A stretch of DNA of 64,000 nt from IMG/VR virus record IMGVR_UViG_3300032241_003073, positions 34,315-98,314 of that record; one strand, 5' to 3'. The notes beneath the pieces are model-generated. The model worked only from the letters and a program-made list of their open reading frames with translations. It was not told the origin of the DNA and ran no database searches. The position numbers and the translations under genes are program-made. Source of the DNA: a virus. Positions 18,125 to 27,377 of this stretch are shown here, piece by piece (the stretch's first letter is position 1; each line of letters begins with the position of its first letter).

Positions 18125-18982
18125 ATGAGAAGAAAAAAAAATCAAATTTGTGCATTTTCTTGGTATGGTGGAAAAACTTATCACTTAGATTGGATTTTAC
18201 CCATTATAAATCAAGTAGATCACAAAATTTATATTGAATCTTTTGGTGGATCTGCTGCTGTATTGCTAAATAAAAAACCAAGCCCAATAGAAGTTTATAA
18301 TGATATTCATGGAGATCTTGTGAATTTTTTTAGGGTTCTTAGAACAGAAGGAGAAGATTTGATTTCTCTTTTACAGTTGACTCCTTACAGCAGAGAAGAA
18401 TTTGTATTATCGTGCGAAATTCCAAAAAATTTATCACCATTAGAAAGAGCAAGAATGTTTTTTGTTAGAGCGAGACAAATTAGAAATGGCCTTGCTACTA
18501 ATGCGACTCCTGGAAAGTGGAGTTATACAAAAAAAGATGTAAGAAGAAATTGGGCATTGCCTATCAGTCAATGGTTTAATGCTATAGATTCGTTAGAAGA
18601 TATTTGCACTCGAATTGGTCAAGTTCAAATTGAAAATTTAGATGCATTCGATATTATTCAAAGATATGATACTCCTGAGTCTTTGCATTATATAGATCCT
18701 CCTTATTTGTTAAGTTCTAGAACTGGAGGAAAAAATTATGAATATGAATACAATGAAGATCAGCATGTTAATTTAATTAATTTACTATTAAATTTAAAAG
18801 GCAAAGTTGTTATTTCGGGTTACAAGAATGAATTATATCCTTCTTTGTTGAAAGGTTGGAATGAATATAGAAGGGCTGAATCTTTTGCAAATACAACTTT
18901 AAATAATGGTGAAAAAAAGTTAAGACAAGAAGTTATTTGGACAAATTTTGAATGCTCATTAGGCAAAGAAGGTTGGGAATGA
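18125..18982 (+). CDS. DNA adenine methyltransferase (D12/Dam class)
   Basis: WYGGK, YIESFGGSAAV, EVYND, YIDPPY, EVIWTN. Confidence 0.9.
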   Translation: MRRKKNQICAFSWYGGKTYHLDWILPIINQVDHKIYIESFGGSAAVLLNKKPSPIEVYNDIHGDLVNFFRVLRTEGEDLISLLQLTPYSREEFVLSCEIPKNLSPLERARMFFVRARQIRNGLATNATPGKWSYTKKDVRRNWALPISQWFNAIDSLEDICTRIGQVQIENLDAFDIIQRYDTPESLHYIDPPYLLSSRTGGKNYEYEYNEDQHVNLINLLLNLKGKVVISGYKNELYPSLLKGWNEYRRAESFANTTLNNGEKKLRQEVIWTNFECSLGKEGWE

Positions 18983-19578
18983 AGAACTTCCAAAATTGGC
19001 GAAACGAACAAAATATAGAAAAAAATAAAGATTTTTACGTTACCAGAGATGAGTTTTTAAATATTTGTCAAAAATATTTTGATTCTAATCTTCGTGGATC
19101 TATGAAAACTCATCATGAGTACATGCAAGAAAATTTAACAGAAGCTGTAGAAACTTCAAGATATTCAATTGAAGTTAATTATAGAACTACGACTAAAGAA
19201 GCTTTGGAAGGGTTTGCCAAAATTTGTTTGGGATATGTTAGTGCAGCATTAAAGAATCATGGATATCATACAAAACATGTTTTTTCTGAAAAACCTTTAA
19301 GACTTTTAATTTCTTCTAGAAATTGGGATGATGGAGAGTGGACGGGAGTTGTGACATGGCATCCTGATCATAATTGTTTTGTAATTAGCAAAGGTTTTTA
19401 TAATAAAGATCGTAAAACTGTGTCTATTCAAAGTTCACAAAAATGTAATGCAAATTCAGCCTCCGATGTCTCTAAAGAGTTACATAACATGATGAATCAT
19501 TTAAAAAATCAACCAGATAAAACATCAGAAAAAATTAAATTACGTCCTGTACCTTTGAAGAGAGGACCAAAAACATGA
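18979..19578 (+). CDS. hypothetical protein with CTS-like N-terminus
   Basis: ATGA overlap with MTase stop; MKNFQNWRNE. Confidence 0.6.
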   Translation: MKNFQNWRNEQNIEKNKDFYVTRDEFLNICQKYFDSNLRGSMKTHHEYMQENLTEAVETSRYSIEVNYRTTTKEALEGFAKICLGYVSAALKNHGYHTKHVFSEKPLRLLISSRNWDDGEWTGVVTWHPDHNCFVISKGFYNKDRKTVSIQSSQKCNANSASDVSKELHNMMNHLKNQPDKTSEKIKLRPVPLKRGPKT

Positions 19579-20060
19579 TTGAATTTTCAAAATGGCGAGA
19601 AAAAAAATTAAATGAACAATTTCACAGAATTGGCAAAGACAGTAAAAAATATTGGGGGCGACTTGGTGCTGGAATATTGTTTACAGATGGAGAGCGTGTT
19701 CTTCTTTTAAGAAGAGATGGCAGCAGTGATAATAAAGGATGTTGGGGAATTCCAGGAGGTAGAGCAAAAGACGGAGAAGCACCAATTGATGTTGCACGAA
19801 GGGAAACAAAAGAAGAATGCGGTTCGGCTGAAGGTCAAAGATTTGCACATTTTCACAGTGTGGATGGAGCCCATCATTTTCATACTTATTTGTTTGCAAT
19901 AGCTTCGCCTTTTGATGTTGAGCTTTCTAAAGAGCACAATCAGTGGAAATGGGTCAAATTAGACAAAGTAAAAGATCTAGATTTACATCCTCGCCTTAAA
20001 AAAGATTGGCCTAGTTTTTTAAAGGCGATAAAGAAAAAATTTTCTTTAAAAGATGATTGA
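19575..20060 (+). CDS. NUDIX hydrolase
   Basis: WGIPGGRAKDGEAPIDVARRETKEECG Nudix box. Confidence 0.9.
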   Translation: MIEFSKWREKKLNEQFHRIGKDSKKYWGRLGAGILFTDGERVLLLRRDGSSDNKGCWGIPGGRAKDGEAPIDVARRETKEECGSAEGQRFAHFHSVDGAHHFHTYLFAIASPFDVELSKEHNQWKWVKLDKVKDLDLHPRLKKDWPSFLKAIKKKFSLKDD

Positions 20061-20109
20061 ATTTATGATTTGTATTTTGTATATTTAAAATTTTAAGGAA
20101 TAATGTCAG

Positions 20110-20505
20110 ATGTTTGAATTAATTCTTGTGGTTTTGATGCAAGTTCGGCCTGACACGACAACCGAAAAAATAATTGTTCAAAAAGTAGAAATTATTTTAA
20201 GAGACACAGACGAATCAAAAAACTTAATTCATCCAGAAGCCACCCAATTAAAAAAAATTAAAAAAGAAAGAATTTGGGTTGATTCTGGTTGTGTAAAAAT
20301 TTTTGGTAACGATTGGTGTCTTGTTCCGATAAACATAACAGTTGGTCCTAAAAAAGTAGTAAGATCTTTTTTTATTGGCGAGAAAATAAATGAAAATTGG
20401 AAATTTATTGATGAGCCTAATTATCGTGATATAGTTTCAAAAAATTCTTATTATATTTCAGATAATATAAAAATTTTTGTTGAAAAACATTTTTTCTCAT
20501 ATTAG
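20110..20505 (+). CDS. hypothetical protein with N-terminal hydrophobic segment
   Basis: AAGGA RBS; MFELILVVLM. Confidence 0.55.
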   Translation: MFELILVVLMQVRPDTTTEKIIVQKVEIILRDTDESKNLIHPEATQLKKIKKERIWVDSGCVKIFGNDWCLVPINITVGPKKVVRSFFIGEKINENWKFIDEPNYRDIVSKNSYYISDNIKIFVEKHFFSY

Positions 20506-20514
20506 AATTGTGAT

Positions 20515-21354
20515 ATGAAATTTTATAAGGACTTTCAAATGAAAGATAAAGATCCGTTGGGTGATCGAATGAAGGGTTATGAAAAACAATACGATGGGAA
20601 TTTAATGGATTTACTTCCCATTTGTGCAAGAATTGATGGAAGGTGCTTTCATTCTTTTACTGCTGGTCTAAATAGACCTTATGATTTAGGCTTGCAAAAA
20701 ATAATGATTGAAACAACAAAATATCTCATAAATGAAACCAATGCTCTTATTGGATATACTCAATCAGATGAAATTAGTTTGATATGGTATCACGACAAAT
20801 CAGAGAAAAGTCAATTGTTTTTTGGTGGAAGAATAATGAAATTGAACAGCATGTTGTCCTCGATGGCGACAGCTTTTTTCAATAAAAATTTATCTAATTT
20901 TATCCCATCTAAATCTGATAAAATGCCAATGTTTGATTCTAGGATTTGGCAAGTTCCAAATAAGACGGAAGCTGCCAATTATTTGTATTGGAGAGAAGCT
21001 GACGCAATTAGAAATTCCATCAGCATGGCGGCTCAACATTATTATTCTCACAATCAATTGCATAAAAAAACTTCTTCTGAAAAGAAAAAAATGCTTTTAG
21101 AAAAAGGAGTGGTCTGGGAAAATTACCCAGACCATTTTAAAAAAGGTTGTTATTTGAGGAAGTCTTTGTTTAAAAGAAAGTTCACATCAGAAGAAATTGA
21201 AAAATTGCCTTTGAAACATGAAGCGAGATTAAATCCAGATTTGTTAATTTCTAGGTGTGAAGTGTGTGAAATTGAAGACATTCCTTTATTTAAAAATATT
21301 TCTAATAAAAAAGAATTTATTTTTGATTTAGATTTTCCCTTAATTAAGGATTGA
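20515..21354 (+). CDS. tRNA(His) guanylyltransferase Thg1-like
   Basis: LGDRMKGYE, RIDGRCFHSFT, YTQSDEISL, FDSR, WREADAIRNS. Confidence 0.9.
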   Translation: MKFYKDFQMKDKDPLGDRMKGYEKQYDGNLMDLLPICARIDGRCFHSFTAGLNRPYDLGLQKIMIETTKYLINETNALIGYTQSDEISLIWYHDKSEKSQLFFGGRIMKLNSMLSSMATAFFNKNLSNFIPSKSDKMPMFDSRIWQVPNKTEAANYLYWREADAIRNSISMAAQHYYSHNQLHKKTSSEKKKMLLEKGVVWENYPDHFKKGCYLRKSLFKRKFTSEEIEKLPLKHEARLNPDLLISRCEVCEIEDIPLFKNISNKKEFIFDLDFPLIKD

Positions 21355-21357
21355 CAC

Positions 21358-21726
21358 ATGTGGCAAATTGATGATCAATTTATTGAAAAAACCTCAATTG
21401 GTTCTTTGGAGCCAATTGAGGTTTTGTTTGAGGTTGGATGTGAAGCAATAACTTATGTTTCTTATGGTTTAAATCAAGAATTAATATTGGTTCATATTCT
21501 TTGTGTCTCTGGTTCTACATCTCGTTATTTGGCCGTACAAATTGATAATCAAACATTTGAAGATTTAAAAAATGATCGAATTTATTTTTTTAAACCATTT
21601 AAAAATAAGAAATGTTGGATTGTTGATATAGTTCCCGATAAGTTAACACAATGGAGAATAGAGAATTTATTTCTTGTTGATTTTTTTTCAATCCCCAAAA
21701 AATATTTGCCAATTGATCGTGATTAA
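21358..21726 (+). CDS. hypothetical protein
   Basis: 122-aa ORF following Thg1. Confidence 0.55.
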   Translation: MWQIDDQFIEKTSIGSLEPIEVLFEVGCEAITYVSYGLNQELILVHILCVSGSTSRYLAVQIDNQTFEDLKNDRIYFFKPFKNKKCWIVDIVPDKLTQWRIENLFLVDFFSIPKKYLPIDRD

Positions 21727-22208
21727 TCGTGTAAAATAATTTCAACACCATCAAGTGGATCTTCAGTTAGAAGAACTTCGGATCGCTTTTTGGTGGGATA
21801 TGTGTTGTCATTTAGTGGTCGGCTTTCTTGATTCACAATGATAGTTTCTACTTTTCCATTGTGTGTAATTGTATCTGGCTGATCAAGTAATAATTTTTTT
21901 TCTTGAGACACGTTTTCCTCCATTGTTTGTGGTTGCAAATTTTGATTTGTTATTTTAGGAGATATTTCTTCTACAAATCTAAGAAGATTCATTGGAGATC
22001 CAACCCATTTCATATAATAGCTATCTCCTTGAAATCTTTTTCTTGGTCCAACCATTCTAATTCCTGAATCTGTTGGTTTGGGAAGTTTTAAATCGCCATC
22101 GGTGTTGTTTTCATATACATAAACACCTGTTCCGCCCATATCATGCTTTAATTTTTCTTCATGAACTTGTCTTCGTTCATAACGATTCAATCTTGGTGCA
22201 TATTTCAT
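21723..22208 (-). CDS. hypothetical protein
   Basis: 161-aa ORF, AAGGT RBS. Confidence 0.6.
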   Translation of the reverse strand: MKYAPRLNRYERRQVHEEKLKHDMGGTGVYVYENNTDGDLKLPKPTDSGIRMVGPRKRFQGDSYYMKWVGSPMNLLRFVEEISPKITNQNLQPQTMEENVSQEKKLLLDQPDTITHNGKVETIIVNQESRPLNDNTYPTKKRSEVLLTEDPLDGVEIILHD

Positions 22209-22312
22209 TTTTTTTACCTTTCTTTAAGCTTATGGTAATTATGAGGTTGAATATTTTTTCCAAACATCATAATATTATAATATGGTCGTTTGGTAATTTT
22301 TTGGAGAAAACA

Positions 22313-22648
22313 ATGAAAAATAAAATGAAAACGCCTCCTTCTTGGACAAATGTTTATCCGCAAGGAACAAAAGAGGGCGATGAAGAACAGGGTTTTTTTA
22401 TTGCTTTAAGCAGAAATCCTAAGTGGCAATGGCGTTCTACTGCACAAATTGCAAAAGAATCTAATTTGACGAGAGAAAGGGTGGACGAAATACTGAATAA
22501 GTATTGGAAAAAAGGAATGGTTTTCCAAAATCCATCAAATGAAGACCAATGGGGTTACTGGGAACGTGTGCCTGAAATGCTGCCAAAAGACGAGAAATCT
22601 ATAACAGAAAAAGATCATGAATATCGAATTAAAAAGGCAAAAAACTAA
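22313..22648 (+). CDS. winged-HTH-like protein
   Basis: GGAG RBS before MKNKMKT; WRSTAQIAKESNLTRERVDEIL. Confidence 0.55.
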   Translation: MKNKMKTPPSWTNVYPQGTKEGDEEQGFFIALSRNPKWQWRSTAQIAKESNLTRERVDEILNKYWKKGMVFQNPSNEDQWGYWERVPEMLPKDEKSITEKDHEYRIKKAKN

Positions 22649-22650
22649 AA

Positions 22651-22682
22651 AAAAAACCACAGCTTATGGCTGTGGTTTTTTT
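22651..22682. terminator. bidirectional terminator
   Basis: aaaaaaccacagc / gctgtggttttttt between convergent genes. Confidence 0.8.
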
Positions 22683-22683
22683 A

Positions 22684-22917
22684 TCAACCAGATGTATCTG
22701 GTTTCTTTTTTGGATTTCCGTTCTTATCATACCCCATTTTAAATAAAGCATCAGCAGCATAAGGTGTAAAATAAGCATCTGGATATTGGTGGCGAACATA
22801 AGCATCTGGATAAGCCCAATATGCAATTCCCGCTCTTTTTATTCCAGACTTTTCGTCGTGCTTATAAAGTGGCAATTCTTTTTTAGATTCGCCTGCCCAT
22901 TGAATAAATGATTTCAT
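22684..22917 (-). CDS. small protein with CTS-like N-terminus and YPDAY repeat
   Basis: MKSFIQWAGE; YPDAY twice; GAGG RBS. Confidence 0.6.
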   Translation of the reverse strand: MKSFIQWAGESKKELPLYKHDEKSGIKRAGIAYWAYPDAYVRHQYPDAYFTPYAADALFKMGYDKNGNPKKKPDTSG

Positions 22918-23025
22918 ATTTTTCCTCATTCTTACTGTTTGAGTTTAAACTCTCTTGTTATTATATATGAGTTTGTTTGTAATTTTAAAAATTACTGACT
23001 TTTTTAAATTTTTTATAAAAAAATA

Positions 23026-23054
23026 TTGATTTACAAGCAGTTAGTAACTAAAAT
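23026..23054 (+). promoter_or_regulatory. sigma70-type (early) promoter
   Basis: TTGATT-N17-TAAAAT with AT-rich upstream tract. Confidence 0.55.
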
Positions 23055-23107
23055 TAAAAAAGTGATGGATTTGCATCACAGATTTTTAAAAGGGCATAGG
23101 AAAAGAG

Positions 23108-23413
23108 ATGAGCAACACACTTTCTGTTCGATTGACTGGCCGAAAGACTGAAACAAGCGAATATTATGAAGGAACTGTAAGCATTGTTGGGCTAAAGCCA
23201 ACCAAGTTGGCACGCCGCAGCGATGGTGGAACTCAGTTCCCTAATAAGTCCGCAGTAGGTGGAGCAGCTAGGGCTTTGGCAAAGTCTTTGGGTTTTGCTG
23301 ATGTTGCTGTTGAAGATACAACCAAGCCCAAGGTTGCTTCTGTAAAGAAGGCAGCGGCCAAGAAGTCACCAATTAAGAAGTCTGCAAATCAAAGTACAAA
23401 TAATAATTCTTGA
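23108..23413 (+). CDS. small basic protein with histone H1-like K/A-rich tail
   Basis: KPKVASVKKAAAKKSPIKK; own promoter and terminator. Confidence 0.6.
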   Translation: MSNTLSVRLTGRKTETSEYYEGTVSIVGLKPTKLARRSDGGTQFPNKSAVGGAARALAKSLGFADVAVEDTTKPKVASVKKAAAKKSPIKKSANQSTNNNS

Positions 23414-23433
23414 TTTTTACAAACTTTTTAAAT

Positions 23434-23478
23434 AAAAAAGGGACAAATAAGCAATAAGTGCTTATTTGTCCCTTTTTT
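23434..23478. terminator. intrinsic terminator
   Basis: aaaaaagggacaaataagca / tgcttatttgtccctttttt. Confidence 0.8.
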
Positions 23479-23504
23479 ATTTTAGATTTTTCATAAATAC
23501 ATAT

Positions 23505-23690
23505 ATGGATAATTCACAGACTACAAATGGATTAAATAGTTCTGGATGTGGTTGTGGTAAAAATAATTCTAAATCTATTGTTAAACCAAAACCATTAAGC
23601 CAAAAACAAGAAGATTTAATTAACAGAATTCAAAAAACAAATCATAAAAATGATTCTGTTTATAAAACAAATACACGTTATTTTATTTGA
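23505..23690 (+). CDS. small GCGCGK-motif protein
   Basis: ATG 23505 follows TAAATA; SGCGCGK. Confidence 0.5.
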   Translation: MDNSQTTNGLNSSGCGCGKNNSKSIVKPKPLSQKQEDLINRIQKTNHKNDSVYKTNTRYFI

Positions 23691-23699
23691 GGAGTTAAT

Positions 23700-23906
23700 A
23701 TGGCATGTGGATGTAAAAAAGGAAATTCTAAAGGTTCGCCTCCATCAAATGGAAATGCTGTTCGACGTGCAAATGCATTATCGCCTCAAGTTTTTAATCC
23801 GTCACAACAACCTCAACAGCCATTAAATTCGGCTGGGATAAGTGCAGAAAGACGTAAGGTTCAAGCAGTTAGAAGGGATGCAATTAGAAAAGCTTTTAAT
23901 AAATAA
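23700..23906 (+). CDS. small MACGCK-motif basic protein
   Basis: GAGGAG RBS; MACGCKKG. Confidence 0.6.
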   Translation: MACGCKKGNSKGSPPSNGNAVRRANALSPQVFNPSQQPQQPLNSAGISAERRKVQAVRRDAIRKAFNK

Positions 23907-23910
23907 AAAA

Positions 23911-24732
23911 TTATTTTGAAATATCAATTGAATTATTTATTTTTGGCATATTCCAATATAAAGAATTCAATTCTTTGTTGATTGTTAAGTTAGAAACATT
24001 CCAATCCAATTTAATATCTTCCTCATGCCAAGTGATTAATATTCTGCTTGGCAAATTGTTTTCAAAATTATCATACTCAGTGCTTGCCATAATTTTTTTA
24101 TATTCATCATATAAATATCTTCCAATTACATTTTTGCTGGTGGGATCTACTATTATTGTGACAATTACTTTTTTGTTGTTACTGCTGATTCTGTTTTGTT
24201 TTATGATCCAATAATTATTGGATTTTGAAATTTCTATATTTTTTGAATCAATTTCGTTAATTCCGATTGACTCCATGATCCAGAATGGATTTAGAACTGT
24301 TCTAAGATTTGTTTTAGATAAATTTTCATATTGAGAATAGTACAAAGCAGAAGGAGTCATTCTTTTGGACCAGAACCAAAACAATTCTTCGTTTGATCCT
24401 ATGTCCATTTCTGTTCCAGTAAAAAAAGTTTTTATTATAAGTCTAAACTTTTTTTCTTTTTCCATTGCCAGTTCTCCATTTGCTCGTGCAAAAAACTTTC
24501 CTTGTTTTAAAATAATTGGCATATTTGAAAGGTAAATATTTTTAATTTTTTTGTTTTTTTCATTAATTGTTTGAATTACTTCATATATTTCGTGTTTTTT
24601 ATCTGGAATTTCTTGTTTTTCTAAAATATGTTCTGAAGTCGCTAAATAAATTGGCTTTATTTTTAAGCTGTTAAAAAATAAAACCAAATATAACATTAAA
24701 TTTAAAAAAAATATGATAAGAAGTTTTTTCAT
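23911..24732 (-). CDS. exported LolA/DUF4292-like protein
   Basis: N-terminal TM/signal; EMDIGSNEELFWFW; LPSRILITW. Confidence 0.45.
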   Translation of the reverse strand: MKKLLIIFFLNLMLYLVLFFNSLKIKPIYLATSEHILEKQEIPDKKHEIYEVIQTINEKNKKIKNIYLSNMPIILKQGKFFARANGELAMEKEKKFRLIIKTFFTGTEMDIGSNEELFWFWSKRMTPSALYYSQYENLSKTNLRTVLNPFWIMESIGINEIDSKNIEISKSNNYWIIKQNRISSNNKKVIVTIIVDPTSKNVIGRYLYDEYKKIMASTEYDNFENNLPSRILITWHEEDIKLDWNVSNLTINKELNSLYWNMPKINNSIDISK

Positions 24733-24802
24733 TTATTTTACTTTTAAAATGTGAATTCAATCATATATAGATTTATCCAGTTTAGATCGAAAGAGGAACA
24801 TT

Positions 24803-25714
24803 ATGCTATCATACAAACAATGGAAAACTTTGAATGAATCAGTAATGCCTAGCTTCACACTTGGCATTGCATCTCCTTCAAATCTTGGAATTCAATCTCC
24901 ATTTGCTATGGATTTGGAAGAAGCCAAAAAAATGGCAAAAAAGAAATATAAGAAAAAGTTCAAAGATGAAGAAGAAGACGATGATGAAACAGGCGATGGA
25001 GAAATGGTTAAGCCATCATCTGATAAAGATGAGCCAGATGTTGATGTAGATGTTGATTCGGACGAAGATTCAGATGAAGACAAAAACGTTTGCTCTAAAT
25101 GTGGAATGATGTCTAAAAAGAAATCAAAGATGAAGTCCAAAAAGAAAATGTGGTCTGATGACGATGATCAAGACGATGATTCTGAAGATGACGACGATCA
25201 AGACGATGAAGAAAAGTCTAAAGATGATGATGAAGAAGACGAAGAGGGCGATGATGAAGTTTCACCAAAGAAGATGATGTCTAAAAAGAAAATGAAGTCC
25301 GACGAAGAAGATGAAGATGAAGATGAAGACGATGGTAATGAAGAAGATGATGATGACGAAGACGAAGGCGAAGAAGACGAAGACGATGAAGGCGACGAGG
25401 AAGATGACGAAGATGACGAAGAAGAAGGCGACGATAAGCCTTCAAATAAAATGATGTCTAAAAAGAAAATGCTTAAAGGCAATCAACACAAGATTGACAT
25501 GAACAAAAATGGCAAAATTGACGCTGAAGACTTTAAGATTCTTAAAAACAAAAAGAAGAAAAATAAAAAGAAGGATGATTTGTCGGAAGATTCTTCTTGG
25601 TGGAACAGTGTTCAAAGCATGAATGTTTCTCCTTACACAAAATACAGTGATGGCTGTGAAAGTTTATTCACACCAATTGACACTGAAAATTTAACTCAAG
25701 GTGTTCGCTCCTAA
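24803..25714 (+). CDS. highly acidic low-complexity protein with EF-hand-like loop, putative prohead core/internal protein
   Basis: MLSYKQWKTLNE; D/E tracts; MMSKKK three times; DMNKNGKIDAED. Confidence 0.6.
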   Translation: MLSYKQWKTLNESVMPSFTLGIASPSNLGIQSPFAMDLEEAKKMAKKKYKKKFKDEEEDDDETGDGEMVKPSSDKDEPDVDVDVDSDEDSDEDKNVCSKCGMMSKKKSKMKSKKKMWSDDDDQDDDSEDDDDQDDEEKSKDDDEEDEEGDDEVSPKKMMSKKKMKSDEEDEDEDEDDGNEEDDDDEDEGEEDEDDEGDEEDDEDDEEEGDDKPSNKMMSKKKMLKGNQHKIDMNKNGKIDAEDFKILKNKKKKNKKKDDLSEDSSWWNSVQSMNVSPYTKYSDGCESLFTPIDTENLTQGVRS

Positions 25715-25738
25715 TTAAATGTATCTAATTTTGTAAAT

Positions 25739-25770
25739 AAAAAAGCCACAATTTTACTTGTGGCTTTTTT
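25739..25770. terminator. intrinsic terminator
   Basis: aaaaaagccacaa / ttgtggctttttt. Confidence 0.75.
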
Positions 25771-25882
25771 ATTTACAATAAAAATTTTAATTAAATTGTT
25801 TTTGATGTTTTTCATCAATGCATTTTTTGCAATAATTAAATCGTTCAAGGTTTTTTGCGATCTCAATTTTTTAGAGGTAGAT

Positions 25883-26041
25883 ATGCAGATAAATAATTTT
25901 TGGATTGATAGAATTAATGAGAAAAATGTTCTTAAAGTTGTTGAATGGGCACACAGACAGGGAATTTTGATTGAGAATTTGACAATATCTGATATAATTG
26001 AAGCTGCAAAGTCTTATCTTCGTGATCCATCTCATGCGTGA
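25883..26041 (+). CDS. small hypothetical protein
   Basis: GAGGT RBS before MQINNFW (internal start of track ORF 25760). Confidence 0.5.
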   Translation: MQINNFWIDRINEKNVLKVVEWAHRQGILIENLTISDIIEAAKSYLRDPSHA

Positions 26042-26047
26042 AAATTT

Positions 26048-26776
26048 ATGTTAAAATGGTATGATGCTTATGTTTCTGTCGGACTAAAGCCAATTGCAAT
26101 TTTTTGTGGAACAAAAATACCAGTTGGTCAAGATTGGAATAAAAATTGGGAACCAAATAAATGGCGAGATTATTTCAAGAGTGATTCCTATAATATGGGA
26201 ATATTGCTTGGAGAAATAATAGATGTAGAAGGAGATACATCTGAAGCCAATAATTTTTTATTGGAAATGATTGGCGATACTGAACATCCAATGTTTAGTA
26301 GCTCGAAATCAATTCATCATTTGTTTTTAAATCCAGATCCTAAATTAACTCGTTGGTCTTTTAATGGAATAGAATTTAGAGGTCATAAACATCAATCAGT
26401 TGTTCCCCCATCTGTTCATGATGACGGAACTCCTTATAAATGGATGGTTAATTCAAATTCTTATTTTAAAATACCAAATTTACCACCATCGCTTTTAGAT
26501 TTTTATTTTCAAAATAAAAATCTAAATAAAAATAAATTTTCGCAAAAGCATAAAAATAAGCCAGGACACAAAAGAACAGAATGTAAAAAATGTGGCGGCT
26601 ATTTTTACATTCATAAAAAAAGATTGATATTAGAAGTTAAAGCGTTTGCAATTATGGGGCAATTATGGTCATGTCACGGTTGTCGTCAAGCCGACGTTAA
26701 AGAGATGTGTCGATCTATTCGAAAAAATTTAAATAAGGATCAAAGTTCTCGTTTCTTTCCTGTATGGAAAGATTGA
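26048..26776 (+). CDS. bifunctional primase/polymerase N-terminal (Prim-Pol) domain plus Zn finger
   Basis: K.P...W, NMGILLG..IDVE, HHLF, IEFRG, VVPPSVH..G.PY.W; CKKC and CHGC. Confidence 0.75.
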   Translation: MLKWYDAYVSVGLKPIAIFCGTKIPVGQDWNKNWEPNKWRDYFKSDSYNMGILLGEIIDVEGDTSEANNFLLEMIGDTEHPMFSSSKSIHHLFLNPDPKLTRWSFNGIEFRGHKHQSVVPPSVHDDGTPYKWMVNSNSYFKIPNLPPSLLDFYFQNKNLNKNKFSQKHKNKPGHKRTECKKCGGYFYIHKKRLILEVKAFAIMGQLWSCHGCRQADVKEMCRSIRKNLNKDQSSRFFPVWKD

Positions 26777-27377
26777 ATATTTCTGCGATCCATTCTCCAG
26801 CATCACTAATATTTTCTTTAGAAATATAATGTCCATCTGAATCATTTTCAATTGTTTTTATTTTATAGTTTTTTTCGATAAACGCATTTTTCATTGGGAT
26901 ATATCTTTCTTTCCAATCAAAACAATCATCATTTTGATTGTGAAAAAGTAAAAATGGAGTTTTGTGTTTTGATGGAAGCAATTTATCTGGTTCTAAAATT
27001 GCACCATTGTGAACCACAACGCCTCCAAAAGGTTCATCTGAAGTAGAGGCAATTTGAATTGCCATAACCGCTCCTGCTGAAAATCCCGCAAGAACTATTT
27101 CTGATCTATTAACATTGTGGTCTTTCTCAATTTTTTTTATACAAATGTCTAAGTCGGGAACTGAAATTTTTAACCCCCAAACCGCATTCATTTGATCGTT
27201 TTCTCCATTGGGTATTGGATACCATTCATCAAATGGATCAATACCTATAATTTGCATGGGTACTCCAGAAAATTTAGAATACCCATGCAACAAGTTATAT
27301 GCAGTTTGTCCTCTTCCTGGCAATACTATGATTGTTCCATAATATGTGTCTGGAGTATAATTTACAATGTTATACAT
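26715..27377 (-). CDS. phospholipase/carboxylesterase (alpha/beta hydrolase)
   Basis: LAGFSAGA nucleophile elbow; HNQNDD; DGHYI. Confidence 0.85.
   Translation of the reverse strand: MYNIVNYTPDTYYGTIIVLPGRGQTAYNLLHGYSKFSGVPMQIIGIDPFDEWYPIPNGENDQMNAVWGLKISVPDLDICIKKIEKDHNVNRSEIVLAGFSAGAVMAIQIASTSDEPFGGVVVHNGAILEPDKLLPSKHKTPFLLFHNQNDDCFDWKERYIPMKNAFIEKNYKIKTIENDSDGHYISKENISDAGEWIAEIFNLSIQERNENFDPYLNFFE

Noticed and set aside
24892-25482. Poly-Ser ORFs on the minus strand
   Set aside because: Antisense shadows of the GAT/GAA-rich acidic gene.
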